DNA of 34,806 nucleotides from a virus (Duplodnaviria; Caudoviricetes): the IMG/VR virus record IMGVR_UViG_3300038314_001003, positions 1 through 34,806 of that record. One strand, given 5' to 3'. Below the pieces are notes generated by a model. It had not been told where the DNA came from, ran no database searches, and saw nothing but the letters and a program-made list of their open reading frames with translations. Shown in pieces: positions 1 through 6,507 of this stretch (position 1 is its first letter; each line of letters starts with the position of its first letter). A program made the position numbers and the translations under genes.

Positions 1-42
1 TTTTGTCCTTCAAACAGGCCTTTCAAGTGAACTGGTACGTCT

Positions 43-210
43 TTAGCTATCAGTCTTTGCGTTGCGTATTTGCGCATTGTATCTTGCTCTCCGTCTTTGT
101 GTTTGCAAACGATTAAAGTTACTGCGTATCTTTCGCTCACGCTGTGTAGCATAACGTAAACGAGAAGATTCTTGGTCAAATCTCCATTCAGGTTCTGGTA
201 TGAACCTCAT
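43..210 (-). CDS. Small Arg-rich hypothetical protein (55 aa, MRFIPEPEWRFDQESSRLRY...), not in the ORF track
   Basis: Hand translation; GGAGG RBS 6 nt upstream; ATGA overlap with the stop of 207..509. Confidence 0.7.
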   Translation of the reverse strand: MRFIPEPEWRFDQESSRLRYATQRERKIRSNFNRLQTQRRRARYNAQIRNAKTDS

Positions 211-509
211 TTTGTACCTCCGTAGTTATATCCTGAATTAACATTGATTGTCCTCTTGAGCTTTTCGAGTGCTTCCATGATTGACTCATCACGCTCTGTT
301 GGATCTGGTTGAGTGTCGTCAATGAATCCAGCCTGCCATCCAACGTGATACGAGTCATATGCAACATCAATAAGATCTTCGATCATGTCTTCTTGCTGGT
401 CAGGATTATCACCATGTTGTTCAATAATGGATTGAACGTTAGCTGTGATGCGTAAGCGGACTCGCCTTGGAACATCGCCATGTACTCTATTTGAATAGAT
501 TTCGGTCAT
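207..509 (-). CDS. Hypothetical acidic protein (100 aa)
   Basis: ORF with AAGGAG RBS; coupled to the downstream gene. Confidence 0.8.
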   Translation of the reverse strand: MTEIYSNRVHGDVPRRVRLRITANVQSIIEQHGDNPDQQEDMIEDLIDVAYDSYHVGWQAGFIDDTQPDPTERDESIMEALEKLKRTINVNSGYNYGGTK

Positions 510-524
510 ATAATTATCTCCTTA

Positions 525-559
525 TATATAGATTTTGAGATTGTAACTTAAACTAAGTG
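525..559 (-). promoter_or_regulatory. Promoter-like motif copy A (TTTAAG-N16-TATATA) with palindrome ACTTA-N3-TAAGT at 546-558
   Basis: Aligns with identical spacing to copies at 1604-1639 and 2487-2522; the implied leader is very short. Confidence 0.5.
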
Positions 560-634
560 GCGGAGTGGACGGGACTCGAACCCGTAACCACTGGCGTGAC
601 AGGCCAGGATTCTAACCAATTGAACTACCACTCC
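558..634 (-). tRNA. tRNA-Asp(GUC) with encoded CCA
   Basis: Reverse complement GGAGTGGTAGTTCAATTGGTTAGAATCCTGGCCTGTCACGCCAGTGGTTACGGGTTCGAGTCCCGTCCACTCCGCCA: 7-bp acceptor stem, CTGGC/GCCAG anticodon stem with GTC, TTCGAGT T-loop. Confidence 0.97.
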
Positions 635-777
635 GGAGGATCATCGTCAAATCGTCCCATACTGACCTCATTGAGACTATCATCGACATATGGATCTGGA
701 TCATTTGCATCTGCTTCGCACCACCAACATAAACCATTTTCAAGCTCGTCAATTTCACCGCAAATCTCGCATCTCAT
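625..777 (-). CDS. Small zinc-finger-like protein (CxxC..CxxC) with acidic tail, 50 aa
   Basis: MRCEICGE...LCWWCE; GAGGA RBS before ATG 777 (the longer start at 825 lies inside the terminator hairpin); stop lies within the tRNA 5' end. Confidence 0.7.
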   Translation of the reverse strand: MRCEICGEIDELENGLCWWCEADANDPDPYVDDSLNEVSMGRFDDDPPEW

Positions 778-800
778 CTCGTTGTCCTCGTTTTCAAATG

Positions 801-866
801 AAAAAAAAGCACCAACATCCTTCACGTGGCGTCGCTGGTCGGCCCGTTCTTGAGATGCTGGTGCTT
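801..866 (-). terminator. Long-loop hairpin with U-tract downstream of 875..1333
   Basis: Minus strand GCACCAGCATC ...34 nt... GATGTTGGTGC followed by T8; the G-U pair works only on the minus strand. Confidence 0.65.
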
Positions 867-874
867 AACATTAC

Positions 875-1333
875 TTACGCAACTTCAGCGTACGTTTCTT
901 CGTCACTATAATCAGGTATCACTGGTGCTTCTTTTGATTGTCGTTCAATACCTTCAGCAAGTTTCTCAGCGAATTGCTCAACTTTATCCGCTGGCCAGAT
1001 TTTTAAATATCCTGGCATTTGCTCATAACGACAGAAAGTATCAACACCATCTTCAGTATCACCAAATATAGCTTTTAATTTACTGTTGTGCAAAGACACG
1101 ATAGCAAATTGTCGCTCAGTTGGATGCAGTTTCGATGGCTTTTTAACTCGCGTAAAGACCTTGTTTGACCCTTCAGGATCAGACTCAATCTCGATTGAAT
1201 CGGCATGATACGTTACTTTAAAGTTTGAGCCTGGCGCAAAACCATCCAAACCATATCGTTGCTGTTCAAGCCACAATCGACGTTTACCCTTTTGGGTGTG
1301 GATTTTCATCGGTTTCAGTTCAATTCCTGTCAT
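875..1333 (-). CDS. AbrB/SymE-like swapped-hairpin protein, paralog 1, with acidic C-terminal extension
   Basis: RRLWLE..YGL.GF.PGS.F.V pattern resembles AbrB/SymE-type domains; GGAG RBS favours ATG 1333 over 1345; clear paralog of 2101..2442. Fold is inferred. Confidence 0.6.
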   Translation of the reverse strand: MTGIELKPMKIHTQKGKRRLWLEQQRYGLDGFAPGSNFKVTYHADSIEIESDPEGSNKVFTRVKKPSKLHPTERQFAIVSLHNSKLKAIFGDTEDGVDTFCRYEQMPGYLKIWPADKVEQFAEKLAEGIERQSKEAPVIPDYSDEETYAEVA

Positions 1334-1335
1334 AT

Positions 1336-1566
1336 TTAGCTCCATCGGTTAATGTTAGAATCGGTATAGATACGACTGTTCAAAACCCACTCAGCTTCCT
1401 CGAACTCCTCAAAGTCCGCATAGTCCATTCTCAGTTCATTGCTGAGATCATCCCACTCAGACTCAATTTGCATCGTTCGACTAAAAGTACTCCAGTCATT
1501 AGAGTCTCGACATCTTTGCCACATTTTACGTAACGCCTCTTGGCGATAGTGGTTTGGAACACCCAT
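1336..1566 (-). CDS. Hypothetical protein (76 aa)
   Basis: GAGGT RBS; first gene after promoter copy B; abuts the next gene. Confidence 0.75.
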   Translation of the reverse strand: MGVPNHYRQEALRKMWQRCRDSNDWSTFSRTMQIESEWDDLSNELRMDYADFEEFEEAEWVLNSRIYTDSNINRWS

Positions 1567-1603
1567 ATTTTACCTCAGTGTGGTTAAAAAAAATGTATAT
1601 CCA

Positions 1604-1639
1604 ATCTTAGTTTTAAAAAATGTAACTTAGATTAAGTGC
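1604..1639 (-). promoter_or_regulatory. Promoter-like motif copy B (TCTAAG-N16-TAAGAT) with palindrome ACTTA-N3-TAAGT at 1625-1637
   Basis: About 60 bp of similarity to 2463-2522, including the leader CATTTT..TTTTAACCA. Confidence 0.65.
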
Positions 1640-1875
1640 CATTTATCAAACAGATAATCATGAATAACAATGGTACTGGGATATCATGATATCATAATGA
1701 TACCAACACTTTCTCACTTCTGAGGTTCTGTTTTATTCAGAAGATGCTTGTGCGCACGCAGATATCTGAGATTCTTGAGATTCTCTCGCACAGGGCCCAG
1801 TAGAAGCATCTTAGAATATAATGAAATGCTAATGCGTTTGATTCTTGGCCCCTTCTGGGTGGGGGCAGGGATTAG

Positions 1876-1896
1876 TATATTAGAATATTATGATAT
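1876..1896. repeat. 21-bp direct repeat, copy 1 (TATATTAGAATATTATGATAT)
   Basis: Identical to 2576-2596; degenerate copy TTAGAATATAATGAAAT at 1811-1827. Confidence 0.9.
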
Positions 1897-1976
1897 AGTT
1901 GGTGAAAACATCCGTAACCGGTCTCCCAATAATAGTAACCGACCTCATCTCGCGAAAAATTGGCGAAAACCTCATG

Positions 1977-2000
1977 AAAAAAAAGGGCGCCGAAGCGCCC
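1977..2000 (-). terminator. Rho-independent terminator
   Basis: Minus strand GGGCGC-TTCG-GCGCCC followed by T8. Confidence 0.92.
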
Positions 2001-2020
2001 AAGAATCCTTTGCAGTTATT

Positions 2021-2083
2021 CTAGTACTGTGTAAGTACTCCAGTAAGGATTGCAAAAGTGAACAATAATGTATATACTACCAT
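2021..2083 (-). CDS. Possible 20-aa hydrophobic peptide MVVYTLLFTFAILTGVLTQY
   Basis: Fills the gap between the paralog 2 stop and the terminator; no charged residues; no clear RBS. Confidence 0.3.
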   Translation of the reverse strand: MVVYTLLFTFAILTGVLTQY

Positions 2084-2100
2084 GCGAATTTCGAGATCGC

Positions 2101-2442
2101 TCATGATGCCACCATGATCTTGATGTAGCCTTCTGACATCTCGTAAGACAACGGAGTATCTACGCCATTCTCAGTATCGCCAAAAAGCTCTTTGAGGCGA
2201 GAATTGTGAATGCCGACGATGGCGAACTTACGATCTTCGGGAATTCGCTTCGAGGCTTTCTTGACTCTCGTGAACACCGTGTTGGTACCATTCGGATCAG
2301 ACTTGATTTCGACAGAATCCTCATTATACACAACGTTGAATCGCGAACCGGGTTTGAAACCGGGTAATCCGTACTTCTGCTCTTCGAGCCAAAGTCGGCG
2401 CTTGCCTTTTTGCGTGTGGAGTTTCATTGGCTTATTGCTCAT
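2101..2442 (-). CDS. AbrB/SymE-like swapped-hairpin protein, paralog 2 (113 aa)
   Basis: Colinear with 875..1333 over about 110 aa; AAGGGG RBS before ATG 2442 (the longer start overlaps the -10 box). Confidence 0.65.
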   Translation of the reverse strand: MSNKPMKLHTQKGKRRLWLEEQKYGLPGFKPGSRFNVVYNEDSVEIKSDPNGTNTVFTRVKKASKRIPEDRKFAIVGIHNSRLKELFGDTENGVDTPLSYEMSEGYIKIMVAS

Positions 2443-2486
2443 AGTGGGTATAGCCCCTTGGTTGGTTAAAATTAAAATGACTCTCA

Positions 2487-2522
2487 ATTATAGAATGAAA
2501 AAATGTGACTTCAATTAAGTGC
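2487..2522 (-). promoter_or_regulatory. Sigma70-like promoter copy C (TTGAAG-N16-TATAAT) with near-palindrome at 2508-2520
   Basis: Consensus TATAAT; same architecture as copies A and B. Confidence 0.75.
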
Positions 2523-2575
2523 ATCGGTACATCACCATATGGTTATATGACTCTATAAATCAATTGATATATAAC

Positions 2576-2596
2576 TATATTAGAATATTATGATAT
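2576..2596. repeat. 21-bp direct repeat, copy 2
   Basis: Identical to 1876-1896, offset exactly 700 bp. Confidence 0.9.
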
Positions 2597-2687
2597 TTGG
2601 GAGTCTGTTCTGATACGGACGCACAAGATCCTTCTTTTTCTGAAACTCAATTTTTTTTCTAAAATTTTTTAGTTATTATAGTTACTG

Positions 2688-2696
2688 TGTTAGAAT
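2688..2696 (+). promoter_or_regulatory. Extended -10-like element (TGtTAGAAT) upstream of the morphogenesis operon
   Basis: TGn + TAGAAT about 40 nt before the terS start; preceded by T/A tracts at 2631-2670. Confidence 0.4.
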
Positions 2697-2735
2697 ATCC
2701 GGCACCTGGGGAGGAGTTAACAAAAGGAGAGGCGA

Positions 2736-3032
2736 ATGCCCTGGAAACAAGGACAATCTGGTAACCCTAAAGGGAGACCAAGAAAGAGTCAAAAGACAAT
2801 GGCTCAACTACGCACACAGATCAGTGAGCATCTTCCAGATGTTATTGAGGTATTAGCAGGTGCTGCCAAATCGGGAGATGTACAGGCTGCTAGAATATTG
2901 GTTGAGCGTTGTGTTCCATCGATGCGGGCACTAGACCAGAATATCAACGTAAATGAAGCGGTTCGTGGAATCTCTGATTCAGAACTATTGAACCTAATGA
3001 ATGAATTTGAAATTGCTACGGAGACCGACTAA
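2736..3032 (+). CDS. terS: Probable terminase small subunit (DUF5681-like N-terminus)
   Basis: WKQGQSGNPKGRP motif and C-terminal ISDSEL; first gene of the packaging operon; AGGAGAGG RBS. Confidence 0.7.
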   Translation: MPWKQGQSGNPKGRPRKSQKTMAQLRTQISEHLPDVIEVLAGAAKSGDVQAARILVERCVPSMRALDQNINVNEAVRGISDSELLNLMNEFEIATETD

Positions 3033-3487
3033 TGGCATCAACAATCAGCCCTGCGACCTTAACAGTAACAACCACAGAAAGTATCACAATGAATGGTTCC
3101 AACATGGGAGCTACAAATACTTTCTCACTAGCTTCGATTACTGAAGTAAATCAACGAATTGTTTCTATAGATGCTACCAACGTAAGAACTCTGTTTGAAT
3201 TTGGGGCTGCGGTAGGCTCTGGAACATATGTTTCTCCTAATGTGAAATACATAAGAATCACAAACAAGGATGATAGTAATCCTGTTAGGATAAATATAGA
3301 AAGTGCTACATCAAACTGCTGGGAGATGGTTGTTGCTGGTGCAAGTTGGTCGATATCTTCTGTAGCTTCTGCAATGGATGCTGATGATGACACAACTATA
3401 GTAGCACCAACACTTCAAGATATAGTAAAGATCAGTGCACAAAGTGTCTATGCTATTGACTTAGATTGCTACATAGCATCGATATGA
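3032..3487 (+). CDS. Hypothetical beta-rich, Ser/Thr-rich protein, possibly virion-associated
   Basis: Coupled ORF (TAATG); composition. Confidence 0.75.
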   Translation: MASTISPATLTVTTTESITMNGSNMGATNTFSLASITEVNQRIVSIDATNVRTLFEFGAAVGSGTYVSPNVKYIRITNKDDSNPVRINIESATSNCWEMVVAGASWSISSVASAMDADDDTTIVAPTLQDIVKISAQSVYAIDLDCYIASI

Positions 3488-3729
3488 TAACAAGACCAGC
3501 TAAGCAACGTGACTATAGCGCAGACAGAAAGAAACCTGGTGGTTCTAATGCAGGTAAATATACTGGTGTTAAGAGCTTCGCGGGTCCATCTGGTGGTGCT
3601 CCTTCAGGATCATACCCAATCAACACAAGAAAACGGGCTAAAGCTGCACTGAGTTATGCTCGTCATGCACCTAACCCTAGTGGAATCAGGAAAGCCGTGC
3701 ATCGTAAATATCCCAGCCTAGGAGGGTAA
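3484..3729 (+). CDS. Small basic phage protein (YPINT..RAKAALSYA motif)
   Basis: ATGA overlap favours start 3484; Lys/Arg/Gly-rich. Confidence 0.75.
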   Translation: MITRPAKQRDYSADRKKPGGSNAGKYTGVKSFAGPSGGAPSGSYPINTRKRAKAALSYARHAPNPSGIRKAVHRKYPSLGG

Positions 3730-3730
3730 C

Positions 3731-4279
3731 ATGACAGATACTTTTGGCTTAACACAGGCACAAAGAGATCAACTCAGGCGTCAATTTGAGGCTAGATTGG
3801 CATCAAGAGCTGATTTTAGAGGTTCTACCAAGCGAAGAACGGGTCAAAACATGGCGGATATCAGAGGTGGTGTTAGTCTCATGCCTACTCATTTACGTGG
3901 CTCTACAAGAGCACAAGATACACCAATGACTGATTCTATGCGTCGATATGTGAGAAGTCTAGCTACGAGTGACCCGGGGAAACAACAATATGTAGATGCT
4001 GTAAAGAACGCATTTAAAACAGCAGAAACTGACCACGCAAAGTCTCAGTTTTATGGAGGCGGGGGTCCTGTATCAGGCCATACTCGACATGCTTTTGGTA
4101 GCGCAGCGTCAGGACAAAAAAGAAAAGATGCTAGGGCTTGGAGTCAAAACATTATGAACGCCTACAAGAAGAAATACAACATTGGTAACGATTCTACACA
4201 GGCCGATAGAGACGCTTATAGAGCAAAACAGATAGCAGTAGATAAACGACGAAAACACTTAATCGGAGTAAAATCATAA
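3731..4279 (+). CDS. Basic hypothetical protein (182 aa)
   Basis: GGAGG RBS; coupled ORF. Confidence 0.8.
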   Translation: MTDTFGLTQAQRDQLRRQFEARLASRADFRGSTKRRTGQNMADIRGGVSLMPTHLRGSTRAQDTPMTDSMRRYVRSLATSDPGKQQYVDAVKNAFKTAETDHAKSQFYGGGGPVSGHTRHAFGSAASGQKRKDARAWSQNIMNAYKKKYNIGNDSTQADRDAYRAKQIAVDKRRKHLIGVKS

Positions 4280-4437
4280 TGCCAAAGGTAGGAAATAAAC
4301 ACTTCGCTTACAACAGCGCTGGCGTACAAGCAGCTAAAAGAGAATCAGCAAGAACTGGGCAACCACTTGTTCACAAAAAGAAAAAATCCAGTTTGGTGAG
4401 TGCTATGCGAGGAGCATCATACGGTAAAACGTCGTAA
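4279..4437 (+). CDS. Small basic protein (52 aa, MPKVGNKHFAYNSAGVQAAKRES...), not in the ORF track
   Basis: Hand translation; GGAG RBS; TAATG overlaps at both ends. Confidence 0.8.
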   Translation: MPKVGNKHFAYNSAGVQAAKRESARTGQPLVHKKKKSSLVSAMRGASYGKTS

Positions 4438-5081
4438 TGGCCTTAATAAAAAATGTCGAACGTACTTTAACGATCAATACAGGGTATGGATTATCTGATC
4501 TATTAACCTATATGAGTAGTGGTGCGACCGCTTCTACAACAGAGATCACGGTTATGACACAAGGTGTAGGAACACCCGATCCTACATACCTTTGGATGCC
4601 TGGAGCGTCTAGTGGTGGTTCTTTCTACACAGGAAGAACTGTATCTCTACAGACGACAATTAACTCAACAGCTTTGATCATCGAAGTAATTCCAGGTTCG
4701 TTGGCTACATGGCCGGGCTCTGGATATATTTATTTTACCTCGCCAGCAGAAGGTATATACTATTCAAGTATAAACCCTTCTACAACAAGCGCTAGTGGTA
4801 ATGATGAATTCGTTATAGCATCAGTAGCAGATAGGGGTTGGTCTGGTTCTGCGTCAACTCATACAGCTGTGGTGACTATTCACGAAATTGCAGTGTGGTA
4901 TGTTCAAAGTATAAATTACGATACTAGTTCTGGACTTTTTAATTTCTCTTACTTCGCTAGAGAAGCGTCACGTGTAGGTTATCTAGCGCCAGATATACCT
5001 GGTAACGTATATTCGCAAGATAGATCATTTTCTGGTTCTCTTTTTAATGCTTATGAATTAGTAGAAGAGTCTGCCACATGA
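4437..5081 (+). CDS. Hypothetical Ser/Thr-rich beta protein, possibly virion-associated
   Basis: Coupled ORF directly upstream of terL. Confidence 0.75.
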   Translation: MALIKNVERTLTINTGYGLSDLLTYMSSGATASTTEITVMTQGVGTPDPTYLWMPGASSGGSFYTGRTVSLQTTINSTALIIEVIPGSLATWPGSGYIYFTSPAEGIYYSSINPSTTSASGNDEFVIASVADRGWSGSASTHTAVVTIHEIAVWYVQSINYDTSSGLFNFSYFAREASRVGYLAPDIPGNVYSQDRSFSGSLFNAYELVEESAT

Positions 5082-6505
5082 GTTTGTCAGTTGCATTATC
5101 GAACAGCGTTCCAAAGGAGGAGATTCGTGCATTATTAGCTACAGAAATGCAACGACGTTTGGAAACGCGGCAGACTCGCTGGACAGCACTCGAAGGCCCA
5201 CAGAAGAAGTTTGTTAATAGTGAGCATCCTCATATACTGTTTGGCGGAGCGCGAGGAGGTTCTAAAAGCGTTGGAATGCTTCTAGCGTTTCGTAAGCATG
5301 CAGAGAAATACGGAAGAGAAGCACAGGGTCTTTTGTTTCGCAGGACGTTTCCAGAAACGGGGGAACTCGTCAAGCTGGGTCAGTATGTCTTCGTACAAGA
5401 AGGTTGGGAATGGAAAGTTGGGGAGCGAAAATGGGTTGCGCCCAGCGGAGCTGTGCTACAGCTTAAACATCTTGATGAAGACGCTGATGCGATGAAGTTG
5501 CAGGGTTTTTCGGTAACCTTCCTAGGCTTTGACGAACTTGGTAACTGGCCTTCAGCAGATCCTATAGATCTGCTTGGAGCTACCATGCGTTCGGCTGCTG
5601 GCGTACCAGTTCTATTCAGGGCATCTGCTAACCCAGGCGGCCCAGGACATGGTTGGGTTAAAGAAAGGTATATAGATGCTGATGACAAAGACAGAATCTT
5701 CATACCTTCTAAGATTCAAGATAACACTCCACTCATGGAAAATGATCCAGGTTATATTGATAGAATAAAAGGTAGTGGACCTCCTTGGTTGGTAAAGGCT
5801 TGGTTAGAAGGTGATTGGAATATTGCCCCGGGAGCTTTCTTTGAAAGTGTTTGGGATCCTTCCATACACGTTGTTGAACCATTTGACATACCGTTAGAGT
5901 GGCGAAGATGGAAGTCATATGACCATGGATATAAGTCGCCAGCTGGATGTGTCTGGTTCGCTCAAGACTATGATGGTATAATCTATATCTATAAAGAGCA
6001 TTATTGGAGCTCTAAACCTAACAAAGGCAGTGAAACACCAATAGAAGATATTGCGCGGGAGATTTTAGACATTGAAGAGGATGAGCGTTCGAAAAGCATT
6101 AGATTCAGAAATAATGTGGCGGACTCGGCGATTTTTATGCGAGACGGTCGCCATAAAAGTGTTGCAGACGTATTTGCTGATTATGGTATTATGTGGGAGG
6201 CTAGCTCAAAGGGTCCCGGGTCTAGAGTTCAGGGTTTACAAGAAATGGTTGATAGACTCAACAATAAAACGCTTAAGGTTTTCAGCACTTGCAAGCATTG
6301 GTTACGTACAGTACCTTCACTACCTGCTGACCCTAGGAGGGTGGAAGATATTGATACGAGCGCGGAGGATCATCTCTTCGACGCGACGCGATATGGTTTA
6401 ATGATGAAGAGAGCTAGAAAATTGAAACCTAAGGTAAAAGAATTAGGACCGCAGCCATTTACTATGGCTTGGTTAGACAAACTTGACGAACTGTACGAGG
6501 CATAG
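5078..6505 (+). CDS. terL: Terminase large subunit
   Basis: Walker A variant GGARGGSKS, Walker B LGFDELG, ASANPGG motif, nuclease acidic motifs YDHGYKSP and EDHLFDATRY. Confidence 0.96.
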   Translation: MSLSVALSNSVPKEEIRALLATEMQRRLETRQTRWTALEGPQKKFVNSEHPHILFGGARGGSKSVGMLLAFRKHAEKYGREAQGLLFRRTFPETGELVKLGQYVFVQEGWEWKVGERKWVAPSGAVLQLKHLDEDADAMKLQGFSVTFLGFDELGNWPSADPIDLLGATMRSAAGVPVLFRASANPGGPGHGWVKERYIDADDKDRIFIPSKIQDNTPLMENDPGYIDRIKGSGPPWLVKAWLEGDWNIAPGAFFESVWDPSIHVVEPFDIPLEWRRWKSYDHGYKSPAGCVWFAQDYDGIIYIYKEHYWSSKPNKGSETPIEDIAREILDIEEDERSKSIRFRNNVADSAIFMRDGRHKSVADVFADYGIMWEASSKGPGSRVQGLQEMVDRLNNKTLKVFSTCKHWLRTVPSLPADPRRVEDIDTSAEDHLFDATRYGLMMKRARKLKPKVKELGPQPFTMAWLDKLDELYEA

Positions 6506-6507
6506 TA

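Noticed and set aside
558-634. tRNA as an attP or prophage boundary
   Set aside because: No integrase and no duplicated tRNA 3' end in the window; phage-type genes lie on both sides.
557-853. Plus-strand ORF MAEWTGLEPVTTGVTG
   Set aside because: It is the antisense reading of the tRNA-Asp gene.
1748-2068. 106-aa plus-strand ORF in the control region
   Set aside because: No RBS, TTG start, and it runs through repeats and a minus-strand terminator.
1640-2735. CRISPR-like or small-RNA array
   Set aside because: Only two exact 21-bp copies 700 bp apart; no regular repeat-spacer period and no cas genes.
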